A stretch of DNA of 62,765 nt, filler included, from Collodictyon triciliatum (Eukaryota), in assembly GCA_043381765.1 (NCBI GenBank). It is 5 parts of 5 records of this genome, joined end to end, with 100 filler letters (N's around TTAATTAATTAA, not from the genome) between each part and the next. Parts side by side here need not be neighbours in the genome. Positions count along the whole stretch, not along the records: positions 1 to 8,675 come from JBHJMP010001255.1; positions 8,776 to 32,966 come from JBHJMP010001256.1; 3 more parts are not named here. One strand, 5' to 3'. The position numbers and the translations under genes are program-made. Position 1 is the stretch's first letter, and the number at the start of each line of letters is the position of its first letter. Under the pieces are notes generated by a model. It was not told the origin of the DNA. It did not search any database and was given only the letters and a program-made list of their open reading frames with translations. Below are positions 1-12,532 of the stretch, one piece after another.

Positions 1-458
1 ACAGCGCCTCAACCAGCCCCCCACCCCCGGCGATTCACTCAAATTTTTTTTTTTTTTATTTTTTTTTTTTCCTTTCTTTTCTTCTTTTTTTTCAGGAAAA
101 GAAGTTGAAAGTGATGAAAGGGGATGAAAAAGTTAGTTGGAAAGAGGAGGGACATGGAATGAAAAAAAAAGTATCAAAAAAGAAGAGTTTGATGCGCCTT
201 GTTAAATCAGCCCTGTTTCCATACGCGCTTTTCATGATTTGAAGTTCTGTTATAGATTTTTTTTTTTAACGCATTTTTTATTACAGTTTATTCTTTTCAC
301 TTTTTATTTTCACTTTTTCTATTCTTTTTCTATTCTTTTTCTATTCTTTTTCTATTCTTTTTCTATTCTTTTCCTTTTCACATTCTTTTTCTCTTTTGAT
401 TTTCTTTTCTATTCCTTTCTCTTCTATTCTATTCTTAATTCAGTTTAGTTTAGTTTAC

Positions 459-2316
459 ATGACTGGCACGGAGTCGAAGCAGCAAAAGCGGCAGAAAGAA
501 GACTTTGAGTCGGCGATGGATCAAGTATTAACTCAATTACACACAACTTCACACCATCCAGCACTCTTTCCCACTCGCCCTTCTCCATTTTAATTACGTG
601 CATAGCCTTTTCAAAAGCGTTCAACGCCAGCTGCAAATACCAGTCGGGTTATGAGTCGATTATGATTATGATTATTATTAAAGAACAATCCTCATCATAG
701 CCGCTATCATATTTGTTTAGCTGCAAACATCACAATGATGATATGCTTTCCTTCAGATCGCCCAGCTTTTCGAGGAACTGGACAGCCTCATCGCCAAAGA
801 ATTGAGCGTGCAAATAGATGCAATCATGGAGGCTGAGACGGGGCTTATCGATGAGGTATTGTCTCACAGAAGAGCCGGACGGAAGACTCGCTCAATCACC
901 CAACAAAACGTCAACAAACAAGCATAAAAAAATATAAAGGAAAAGATGGAAAAGAAAATAAATCGTATTAAAATAAAGACAGAAATTAAACAAGAGAAGA
1001 AGAGAAAAATAGAACAGGATCGACCGTGTGAAATGACCCATACAATCCAAACACCTATGCAGGTACGAAAAGAGAGACATCAGATTCAAAAGGAGCTTTC
1101 TGGCCAGGAATTAACACTGATGCATCACCACAGCTCCATTGGCCGCTTCTTTTCGCTTCCAAGAAAGAAAACAGTCCATCGTTCCCATCACCTTCAAAAT
1201 CAAGACCCGTACTCGTCTGTTTTCAACTACAATACTTTGAAGGCGTGTACTTCAACGGATGGTAAAAAGACACATCTTGCTCATGCAGACACCACACTTC
1301 ACATCATTCTTCATCTTCAAACAAGCATTGGTCGCAGCTTGGTAAATCCAGGCGATTGGCTCAGCTTTGGGTTCCGACCAGTGCGGCGAAGTGTCGAAAC
1401 AATCAACGACCCTTTTTTGGTTTTGGATTGTTCAGAAATCCCCCAGACATCAATGGAAACCATGACTGGACAGTACCTTAAAGAAGCTGCATCAAAGAAA
1501 GTGATGAAAAGAAACGGAGTCCACTTCCATGGGGCGTGGGGCATTGCTGTCCATCCAAAGTCGGGAAACCTGTATGTGTCAAACTATTCGGGCCACCAAA
1601 TCAGAATCCTCAGTCCGGACTTGGACAGCCTGGGATATCTCGGAGGGCCTTGTGGACGCAGCTACGATGTAAATACATCCAAAGTTTCCAGCGGAAGGGA
1701 AAGAGGACAGTTGAAGTATCCCGTTGGTGTCGTGTTTAGGCGCGATTGTTCACTTTTGGTTTCGGAGCATATGAACAATCGGGTGCAGCTGTTTAGCAGC
1801 GAGGGCCAATCTGTATGGGTTTCCGGGTCATCAGGGTCTGGCAACGGCCAGTTTTGCAATCATTATGGAATTGCCATGGACATGGATGGAAACTGCTACA
1901 TCAGCGACTGGGGGAACGAGCGGATTCAGAAACTGGACAGAGACGGCAAGTTTGTGTGTCTGATTGGTCCGCGCGGCTCGGCAAACCCTGCTCTCAAGTC
2001 GGATGGGCTGCTGGTCACGCAGTCGAGGACGCTGGTATCGGTCGGAATCGGAGCGGCTCTTGTCAACGAATATGAATTAGATGGCTCGCACATTCGCTCG
2101 TATCCGATTGCGCAGGTCCACGGCTACAGCTCGATATGTCATGGGCCGAATGGAGGTTACGTGTTGTCTGACCGGGACGGGAACCAGTTGCGCTTCTATT
2201 CGAGGTCCTTTGAGCTCATCAAGCAACTCAGTATTCCTCATCCCTCAAGCGTGGCCTACGGGCTCGATGAGAGGCTGTATGTCACATCGATGAACAATGT
2301 TATCTACGTGTTCTGA
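459..2316 (+). CDS. NHL-repeat beta-propeller protein with N-terminal helical/coiled-coil region (TRIM-NHL-like), spliced
   Basis: The C-terminal ORF has repeated NHL motifs (GAWGIAVHPKSGNLYVSN, GQLKYPVGVVF, GQFCNHYGIAMDMDGNCYISDWGNERIQK). Upstream exons MTGTESKQQKRQKEDFESAMDQ | PFQKRSTPAANTSR | IAQLFEELDSLIAKE...IDE | VRKERHQ join in phase 0 via GT-AG introns. The true start could lie further upstream. Confidence 0.8.
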
Positions 2317-2674
2317 TGTTAGGAGTACATTTTTTTTCTCTCTGTTCTTTTTCCCAAAGAAAAAAAAAAGAATAAACAATTAAAGGACTGGATTCGGATC
2401 TCAAATCAAACATATCTGTGTTAAATGAAGGGGTAATTAGATATCCTGTGGAATATTGAAAAGAAAGTGACGATAATTGTTATAGATTTAGAAGAGGGGG
2501 AAGTAAAAAAGCTCCACAGAGCAATCATTTATTCCCCTGTTTTTGAGTGTGCTTTTTTTCCCCCTCTTTTTCCTATGAACAGAGGTGGGTACTATTCGGT
2601 GTGGTAAATATAAGAACAAATCGGAAATGGTTTTGGTATCATGTCCGCAAAAGAATTCGCCCTTGGAAGGAAGT

Positions 2675-5461
2675 TTATTCAGTTAAATCCAGTGTCAAGC
2701 GAACAATCTACCAGACATTAAATCATATGGGGAAGTGAATGTTAATTGTTGCATCAATATATTTATAAGAAAAAAATGCTGCATGTCGGCTTCATATGTG
2801 CATAAACAAAACAAAACAAAAATAAGAAAAAACAGGAGAATGAGTTGGAGCAAATGTAGGGAGTAGCCAAATAGTTCAAACCTGCATCTTTGTCTCGGGC
2901 CCACCTTTGATGCCAGTCACATAACGCGCCTGAACAGGGACATTTGTAGAGCTGTCCACCGTGGTCTGCTGGTTCTTTTCCCTGTGTAATTTTGCATTAT
3001 GCTCTGCTTTTTAAGAGGGAACATGATGTATCTTGCATTATTTCACTCAGACAACTGGACGATGTCAAGTTTTGCTCATACTGTACATAGGCATACCTTT
3101 GTTCATAATGCTGGGTTGTATTTTCTCGTCGGAAGTGGCTTTTTCCAGTCTGGGTAGAGTGCGTTGCTTTGCTTCTTAGGTTTGTCTGTAAAGTTCGGAA
3201 AAGTATACGATTCTTAATTTTATTATATTTGTGTGCAAGACCGTTTCATATGTGCCCATTCATATTTATGAATTTCCTGAATGGAGTATAACCACAAAAA
3301 TTGTTTGTTATATGCCTGGTTATCATTCTTTTCACATGAAGTTTAGAAAAGAAAATATATTATCATGTGTCCACATACCAATTTTATTGCTCGTCTCCTC
3401 AACTCCCATTCGTTCCACTGATTATAAATATCGTTCAAAAATTAGTAAATATCTTTCAAACGAATCGCCTTGAAAAATTGTATTCATTTATAACTTATAA
3501 CAGACATAAAAAAGAGAGAAGATAAGCATATGTGTTTTACCGTATAATCTTTTTCGATGTATGATTCTACAAAATGCACAGGTGTCTCAGTAGATGCATC
3601 TGCCTTTGTTATCTGTTTGATTTATTCTATTTTATTTTTTGGTTTTCATTCAAAAAAGGCGAATGGAACTTAAATTATCAAACATAATCAAAATAGGGGT
3701 TTGTGAGTACAGAGTATTCGCAAATGTTTTTGCCATTGCATATTTTTGCTAGATATATATGCCAGAGGGAGAAGGAACAGGCTATTATGTTCCAAAATTG
3801 TGTGAATTCAAGTTTAGGCACACTACCCTGGATGCCAAGAGCGGATGGACTCCCTGGCGATTACGGCCATATTGCGATACGATTCTGAGTTGTGTAGTTC
3901 AAATTTTAGTGATATATATACTAGTGTCAACAATAAAAGTCTTTAAATTGTAATCATCTAGACAAATGCCAAACAACCAATGCCGCGTAATTTTCTGAAG
4001 CCACTTACGACATGTCAGGTATGTGTTTATGTAAGTCCAGTAAATGAATGAGCTCAGGAGCCTTTTTGGCCATATCAATCACACCCTGGAAATACCTAGG
4101 TTCAAAACTGTTTTAGAACGTGCCCCATTCCTTTGGAGAAAAAGGAAAGAAAACTCCTAGCAGCAAACGTTTGAAATACTCGAGTTGATTCAAAATCAAT
4201 TGATACGTGTAATTTCTTTCGATAAGAAAAGTTTTATTCAGCAGGAATCTCTACACTGGGACATGGAAAAGACGATGTGCATAAGAATGCTGGTACTGAT
4301 TGTTTTTTTTTTAAAAAAAAAATACTTTTCGGGGTCACGCTGAAAATCAGAGATGCCCTTCGAGCTTGTGAAGACAAAATGCATATCTTTGTAGGCAGCG
4401 ATACCTAAACAAATGATAAGAAAATATTAAGACTTCCATTAAAACATCGACATATAACACAAGTGGCTGTGTAACGAATAAATATGATAAAAACGAATAA
4501 AAGGGAAGATAATTTAAAAAAAAAAAAAAACAGGGAGAACGGTCGCTTTATTTTTCATAAATTTCACGTCCATATATCCTGCATTTTTATGTAACACACA
4601 ATTACATGTAAACACAGAAATTCATATATGGCATAAGTGTACCGAACATTCGATCTCCTGGAAGCGCCAGCCCCCCGCGGTGAATCAGAGTCCACGGACA
4701 GTATCCCTGGATTTAATTGTTTGGATTGGAATAACATATTATGTGAGATGAGACTTTGCATATTTTGGCTTTCGTTCATTCTGTAGTGAGCAGTACGATG
4801 ATAAATATACCACAGTTTGAAATGGATTAAATGATAAATGTGATGGAAAATTCGAAGTTGGCAGTTCAATAAAACAGCAGGCTGATTATTATGCTCAGAG
4901 AAGTAAATTTACTTTAAAATCTAATGGAATATCACGGAATTTGGGATGATTGCTTTGTGGGAGGATGATATCAACAAGCGGGGCTGATTCAATCGCTCTT
5001 GGAGTCTCATGTGGCGTTTGCGTCTCAACTACATATTTATTTATTTTATTTTATTTTATTTTATTTTTGCTTCAGTTGAATAAAAAAAAATATATATTGG
5101 GATAGTATTTCTGTGATTGATATTTATATTTTTTTATGTTTTGAACATTGTCTTATATTTGTATATATGCAACATTAAAAAATTTCATTATTACGAATGA
5201 TGTTGTATATGTATATTTATATAGTAACTATCAATAGAGGACAATAATAGAAAAGGAATGAAGATTGATATACATATCGTATCAATGAAAAGAATATACC
5301 TCTTGTTTCTGCGTGGACTCGTGCGACTCTTACGTCATCACTGATTAATGATGGCTTGAATGTTGCCTCAACTTTAAGGAGAGCATCAAGGACGCCATTT
5401 CGAATCTACACATCAGGATTTTGTGGCCTTTAAATCAGAGGAGCAGAAAAATTTGCACTTA

Positions 5462-5528
<67 letters not shown>

Positions 5529-8422
5529 ATAGATGGAACAAGATGAAAACGAATAATATGGCTGTGTATGTATATGAATAAATGTAACAGTGAAATCATC
5601 GATGTATGAAAACCTTCATCTTGTCGAATTCTTGCTTGATTTGAGCCCACAATCCAGCTATCGCAATAAATCTTGGCTAGGATATATGTAAACTTCATAT
5701 CTTTGTCGAAACATATTTATCATAAAGACAGGCATTATATCTTGATTGCTCTAGGTAAAATTAGCAAACTTGTTTACAAAAGAGCCGTTTTCATGTTATA
5801 TGTAACTATATTCTCTACTCATACTTTGTTTGATTTAGAAAGGAAAAAAGGGGAGAGTTATTACTCACAAAAACTTGGTCAGTAGGAACCGCAGACCGAG
5901 ATTTGACGATGGACTTCAACTCTGCAAGTCTTTGGGAATACTGTTCTTTGGCGTCCCATAACTGTGTCCGGATAGATGTTGCCTCTTGCTATAGCAATAG
6001 ATGATGGTTCGTAAAAAAAAAAAATTACTGATTTCATGTGTCCATTAAAACTTAACGGAAATAGATGATTTACTACTTGACCACAACTAGCTCATTTTAT
6101 TCGTATATTTTGTTTTAAAATTACATCATACATTCAAAGACATCAGGTATGAAAGGAATTGTCTTCGGTTGTTGAGTTCATCCTGCAGTTTTTGAATGGG
6201 TGCGCTGATTTGCATCTCGTTTCTGTGGACACTGGATATCACCTACACAAAACTTTTTGAGTGGAGAGAAATAAAGTGCGGTATGATTTTCCGGTAAATT
6301 CGAAAGGTTCCTTGGAATAAATTCTTTGGTTATTAAAAAAATAGAAATAATGTCAGTAATGTAACGAGAAGTGTGTTCATAGAGCATAATTTTAATCTTA
6401 ATGATTGAACAATATTTATACATGAAAAATATATGTCACACATATGGGATGAAGAAATCATGATAGGGTTTGGATGATAAAAACTATGAATTCAAATCCC
6501 AACTAACCGAAACGTAATCTTCCACTTGCTGCTCTACAATCTTTAAGAGGGCTTCAAGTCTTGTGCACACCTGCTCAGTCATTGAAGTGGCTTGCTTTGA
6601 AGCTTTCGGGTATGAAGATATTTTAATGTAGCAAACGAAAGGTTCATCTTGCTTTTTTCAATTATGATGGTGTTCAAGGATATTTTCTTTTTTTTTCTTT
6701 TTTCTTTTTTTCCTGGATTCACAATTTTTTTTTCCTTTATTCGATTCAAAGTGTAGCGAGATGGATTCACAATCTTACTATCATCGATTCCAGCGCCTCC
6801 TTGGCCAATATCCTTGTTGAAGAGTCGAATTCCAACCACAATATTTGTCAGTTCTGTAAGTTGTTGTTCTTTTTCTTTGTTTGTCATCTCCACAAAAGTA
6901 GGTAAATCTGACTGAGGGAAAACACTAGATTCAAGTGAAACGATGTGTTTCGTTAAAAAAAAATGAATATATCGAACAGTATTGTAGAAAAAAATTTTCA
7001 CAAGTAGAACAAGTTTGCATTAATCTGGTCAAAAATAGAGACCTGTAACACTAAATTCATTTAAAAATTGCAGTAAAAGCTCTTCATGATGAATGAAAAA
7101 AAAATATGACAGAAATAGGTCATGATTATTTTTTTTTATAAAAAAACCTCTCTAAGGCAGCAGCAGCTTCACGCACGACATCGATATCTGTGGGCGAACC
7201 CAACTCGCTTGTAACAAGCATAAATGTGATTATTTTCCGATACAATGCTGGACGGATATCCTCGGTTAGAAGAATAGAAAACAAAAGCAAGAGGATATTT
7301 TTACATTGTGTGATGTATCGATTTAAAACACAAAACGCAATCAATACACATTAAAATATCAAATAAATTATGTTAAAAATTCTTGATTTTTTGCAAATAT
7401 AAATATAGGACTTTTGCAATTGTGTTAGAAAAGTACCTTCTGATGTTCGCATTTTGGCCTCAAGAATTTCCTTCAACAGGGAGAAAATCTGCTTCGATTT
7501 TCGTTCCTTTTCATTTGCTTCAGCTTCCGTCTCTGTGATGTATGCAGAACCGTATGCCACTTGCATTTTGATTGTTGTCATTGCAGCAGAATTTTGGTCT
7601 TTCACCCGTGAGACACAAATCTATTGATTTTTTATTTAAAAATGAATAATCTCATAGAAGGATTAGCGTCATTTGGTAAATATTATCAGACAACATAAAA
7701 TTGCTGTTAGCATTGAACATAGGCATAATTAACAAAGGAAAATGGGTGCATACGTAGATAAATTGGTCAACGAATAAACATCTGGAAAAATATTTCAGGA
7801 AGGGAATCTGTTCGTTACCTGTACAAGTTTTTCCACTGCTGTTCCACTAAGCTCTTCATTCAGATTAAATTCCTTCCAATAAAACCGAATGAGTGAGTAG
7901 AAATCTCTGCTGAATTTTAGGTGTGTATGAGCTGGAAGTAAAAACAGAACAAGAAAAAGAACCAGGAACAAAACAAAACAATAAGAAAACATAACAAAAT
8001 AAAATATAACAAAATAAAACATAAGAAAACATAACAATAAAACATAAAATAAAACAAAACAAAACAAAACAATAAAAAAACATAAGAAAATACAAAACAA
8101 AACAAAAAAATAAAAAAATAAAACAAAACAATAAAAAAACAGAAAACAAAACAAAACAAAACAAAACAGAATAAAAAAAACAAAAAACATAAGAAAAACA
8201 AAATAAAACAAAACAAAACAAAACAAAACAAGATTGCTGGGAAACATCGAACAGAATATAACAAGATACAATATTGCCTATTATCAAAGAACAAACCGAA
8301 GATCTCTCCAGAACAACAGCCTTTAGCAGGAAAATGACCAAAGTCTCTTGGACGTGGATCCCATCGCGATCGCAACGCTCGATGATTTCGTTTACCATCT
8401 GAGACACAAGCTTCTCTGCCAT
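2675..8422 (-). CDS. CFAP206: Cilia- and flagella-associated protein 206 (multi-exon)
   Basis: Spliced exons give MAEKLVSQMVNEIIERC..., TIKMQVAYGS, LESVFPQSDLPTF...QLTELTNIVVGIRLFNKDIGQGGAGIDD, GYCPWTLIHRGGLALPGD, KAPELIHLL, TETPVHFVESYIEKDYTWNEWELRRRAIKLTNLRSKATHSTQTGKSHFRRENTTQ and a final exon IVRLTLDLTE*. These are characteristic CFAP206 motifs. Confidence 0.92.
6714..6773 (-). mobile_element. Short retroposed insertion, copy A (36 bp plus 12-bp TSD), CFAP206 intron
   Basis: TGGATTCACAAT at 6714-6725 and 6762-6773 flank the reverse complement of TCTCGCTACACTTTGAATCGAATAAAGGAAAAAAAA. Confidence 0.85.
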
Positions 8423-8675
8423 TTATATGCTCGTGTCTGTAATACTCTCAACTTGGACGTAACGCGTCTGAGGATAAGGTGGGAGTTAGAGACAAAAACA
8501 CGAAGGGCAGAGAGTGTAAGGCAGAGTGAAGAGTCGCTCGAAAGATTTGTGCATTTCTTTCTTTTTTTCTTTTTTTTCTTTCTTTTTTCTTTCTTTTTTC
8601 TTTCTTTTTTCTTTCTTTTTTCTTTCTTTTTTCTTTCTTTTTTCTTTCTTTTTTCTTTCTTTTTTCTTTCTTTTT

Positions 8676-8775
8676 NNNNNNNNNNNNNNNNNNNNNNNNN
8701 NNNNNNNNNNNNNNNNNNNTTAATTAATTAANNNNNNNNNNNNNNNNNNNNNNNNNNNNNNNNNNNNNNNNNNNN
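8676..8775. other. Artificial contig linker (N44-TTAATTAATTAA-N44)
   Basis: Six-frame stop spacer embedded in Ns; the same structure occurs four times. Confidence 0.95.
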
Positions 8776-9884
8776 CGAAAAGGTCACTTTACCACATCCC
8801 TTACAACACAGGTTATGCACCGAGACACACCCACGATCAAGACGCCAGCTGCCACCGACCCGTGAGTACAACAAACCACCAATAAGACGGAGCGAGCTCT
8901 TTGAAACAAATAAGATTAATAATAATAAAGGGGAATAAAAAAAAAAAGGCCTATCGGGCTCAAGCCATCAACCCACGGGTAGCAAGCTAATTATGAATAT
9001 AGTGTTCAGTTTTAGTTGCTCTGATTCATTCAACTGTTTCTTTTTCCCTATTCATTTACCTTTTCTTTCTTTCTTCATCTTTTTATCTTTTTTTTTTGCT
9101 TTTCTTTTTCTTTTCTTTTTTCTTTTTCTTTTTCTTTTTCTTTTATTTTTTCGGTCTCATTCAGCCTGTAAATGGATGTACTTCATAACAAAGGTTGTGA
9201 CGAACTTGGTTTTATCTCTTTCAAGGCACAACACTTTTTCTACAACGAAAGTGTACCAATATATATACCCATACATATACCATTTTATTGCACAGACAAC
9301 CATCGAATTTAATCTGGATTGACAAAAGCAAGAGCTTCGATGAATCTAAGAAAAAACCTGAATAATATAATAATATAATTAGTATAAACAATAAGGTTAA
9401 AAATATTCCAATAATCTCATTCTATTCCTGTAATCAATTTACATTTTTTTTCGTTTATGTAATATTAAATTCAAAAAGGACAAACAAGCCGTTGCCTTGG
9501 CCCAGACAGAACCCACCTTATAAACCTGCCACCAAACATACATTTCAAAAAAGCATACTATCCACACTTGCGGCAGTAATCACGTTGTTTGGGGCCGATA
9601 TGTTGACTTTCAGTCGCAATGGTTATACGGCTGTCCTTTCGAACTTGCCGAAACAGCTCTCAGGGTTTTGTCTCAAATCACTTGTAAAAAAAAAGTTGGT
9701 GTGTTTGTTTGCCACAATGCGTACATTTTGAGAGTCTCGGTGGATGCTTAATTTTACCTCAATTGATTTTGTGCAGTTGTTTTATATACATATTAAATTG
9801 ACTAATTGACTAATTGACTGAAGTTTTATTAAAATCGAAAACTCGGTAGTTTTCTAAAGGAAAAAATAAAACAAAGACTTTCAG

Positions 9885-11760
9885 ATGAAGAAGAGAAAAC
9901 GTCTTGAGTCTGAGAATATGAAGTCTGTAAAACCACACTATCCGAATGTGAAAACATCCCTAAAGTCGATTGTAAAGAATGCGGATGGCTATGACAAAAT
10001 CAACGACACGGTTTTATTGTGTCATAATTTGGTTACCGACAGTTATCTGTTTGCAAGATGTTACATATTGAAATCACAACAACTCCCAACAATCGATCAA
10101 AAGTGTTTTTTTGTACGCTTTAAAGACAGCCGGAATAGCTCCACAAGATAAACCCTCAAGTTAAAAAAAGAACACATATCAGTAAATACATGACTTTTTA
10201 TCTCAATGATTTTCGATTCCTTTTGTCTCGAGAAGAACGCTTTCCCTCGATTAGACTGACTCATCTATTACCGTAATTGGCGAAGCAAATGTTAACAGCT
10301 TATCATAATAACATTAAGGGACATTTTGTAAAGAGGTTACTGCGCTTTATAAATCAAACAGTTCCTAAAGATGAGAATATTACGGAAGCTATTAAAAAAA
10401 AAGGCAGACTTACGAAAGTTAAAAAGAAGTCATCTTCAAGAAACTCGAAATACCGGAACATTACAAAGGATGGGCTGCAATGCATTTGCATCATATCATT
10501 CCCAGCGATATTGTAAATGGTATCGAATATGACGTCAAACTCAATCCAAATAAGTACATTCCATATGTGATTTACATGAATCCCATTTTTTAGGACATTG
10601 GAACCAAACTGTTTCAACCAATCTCTATAAGAACTAACAATATACCATGTTATATTTTTCTAGATACTGCATGTTTGATAGGTATATTGGTATTATCTGG
10701 AAAGACGTTATTACCGAAGAATATACCAGGATGCATAGAGACCCTATGGGATAATTTCTTTGAAATGAAGAAGAGGGATTTTCATCAAAGAGACTACAAT
10801 TTTATATTCGTGATACAAACAGACGGCTTGGCGGTGTCATTATTGTTTGAAAAGAAAGCTATTTCAAATTCAAAATTCAAATATAACCAAAAAAACCCCA
10901 AGAATGTATTTATATAGATGAACTTTCCGAAGAGCATTTATCTTCATTAGCGAAAAAAAAATATAGTTAGAGTACACGCATGCAAGTTTATTTGGTTTAC
11001 ATGGTGGATGAGAAAGGTAAGAAATTACTTTACACGTCACACCAAACAAGACATGATAGCAAATCTCTTGAAAATCACAAAATACTCTTGCGCGAGAAAG
11101 AAAAGTGCAATCCTTTTCGGATATGCATGGTGACAGATTTACTAAATGCTGTTTCTTTTGGTCGCATGAATTTTGAAGAGAATCAGCGGTTTGAGACATC
11201 GAGAGTATCTTTAATCGATTTAGAGACAGAACTGAGTAAACATAATTCATGCACGGTCGATTATGAATAATTTCGGGAATATGTATCTATGAAATCAAGA
11301 TACCAGATAGAATTATCCAGGTTTTATAAACAAGTAACTTTTCGAAAGATGATAAGGAGACAGCATGTTAATACAAAAAGTAGAGAAGAATTCTTTATGG
11401 ACCGAATCGAAAAGACATTCGGCAAGGATGTTGTACTGGTGTATGAAGACTGGAGTAGAAAATCTCCGATGAAACCTTCTATGCCAACAATCGGAAGAGG
11501 ATTACGAAAAATACTATCCAAATGTTTTGAAACAGCTAGTGTAGATGAATTTAGAACCTCCAAGATGTGTCGCAACTACAAAAAGAACTGGAATATATGA
11601 AACCGAAAGGAAATACAAAAAAGGGTGTATAGATGTCTCATATGTAAAGAATGCAATCGCCCAGAAAGCAAACAAAGTGTATTCTTGACAAGGGACTTTA
11701 ACAGCGATAAAAATATACTCAAGTATTTTCAATCATTCAAAAAAAAAGCATACACCTTCC
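9885..11760 (+). pseudogene. Degenerate Fanzor1 (eukaryotic TnpB-like RNA-guided RuvC nuclease), frameshifted, intronless
   Basis: Broken ORFs over ~1.9 kb (~620 codons) read KTSLKSIV...INDTV...NLVTDSYLFARCYIL, YHNNIKGHFVKRLLRFIN, IQTDGLAVSLLF, YIDEL...NIVRVHACK (decayed RuvC-I), FGKDVVLVYEDWS...MPTIGRGLRKILSKCFETASVDEFRTSKMC (RuvC-II plus Zn finger) and VYRCLICKEC...TRDFNSDKNI (RuvC-III). Confidence 0.88.
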
Positions 11761-11774
11761 TCTAAAAAACAGGC

Positions 11775-11965
11775 TGTCGGGTCTTTCCTGGTAACCTTCA
11801 CCACTACACGATCTTTTGTGAAAAAAGTGGTGAGACCTTGGATACTAGCGGATCAGGTTTACCAAACTTTCGATTGGTATACCATCTCTAGTTGGAGAGT
11901 GTAATTAAAAGAAATCGTGACGGGTGATAACCGAGTTAATTTTTTAATGACTTTGCCAAAGTTGC
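11775..11965 (+). ncRNA. Candidate Fanzor omegaRNA scaffold / element right end
   Basis: It lies directly 3' of the Fanzor ORF. Stems: TCACCACT(11798-11805)/AGTGGTGA(11826-11833), ACTAG(11844-48)/CTAGT(11888-92) enclosing GGTTTACCAA/TTGGTATACC, a GGT-GATA-ACC hairpin (~11918-11938) and GACTTT/AAAGTT (~11949-11963). Confidence 0.55.
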
Positions 11966-12387
11966 AAGATGCACTGTTCAATCAAACGATATGAAGCGGC
12001 AAAAAAATAAAAAAAAATGATATAAACAAACAAAAAAAAAAAAACAACAAAAAACGATGAACTCAGCGGACGACATGCGATGCACAGAGGCCTCCTACAC
12101 GACCGTTTGTGGAAAATAAACCTGCAAAATATAATAAACAACAAAAAAAAAACCAGAAAAAAAAAAAACTTAACATAAAACTGCGGAATATCGCTCCAAA
12201 CCCAGGAAATACCGTGCGCAGTGCGGTGTGAAATATCCCGAAAGCTGCATATGATGTATTGGAGAATTGACTAAATGGTTCTAAAAGTATTGGCTTGATT
12301 TATTGACTATTAAAACAAAAAGGTGCGTTTAATAGCGCTAACACTTTCCTTTTCTCTTTCCCCTTTTGTTGCAGCAGGAAACGTGCG

Positions 12388-12439
12388 ATGAGCAAGGTTT
12401 GCTACCTTTGTTTGGTTTCAGATATTGCCCAACTAAATA

Positions 12440-12532
<93 letters not shown>

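Noticed and set aside
7795-8731. Poly-F/K/I/ER ORFs here and at 12338-13119, 15448-15990, 19562-20132, 38874-39566, 48222-48812 and 59694-61126
   Set aside because: They are translations of intronic or intergenic microsatellites and N-runs, not genes.
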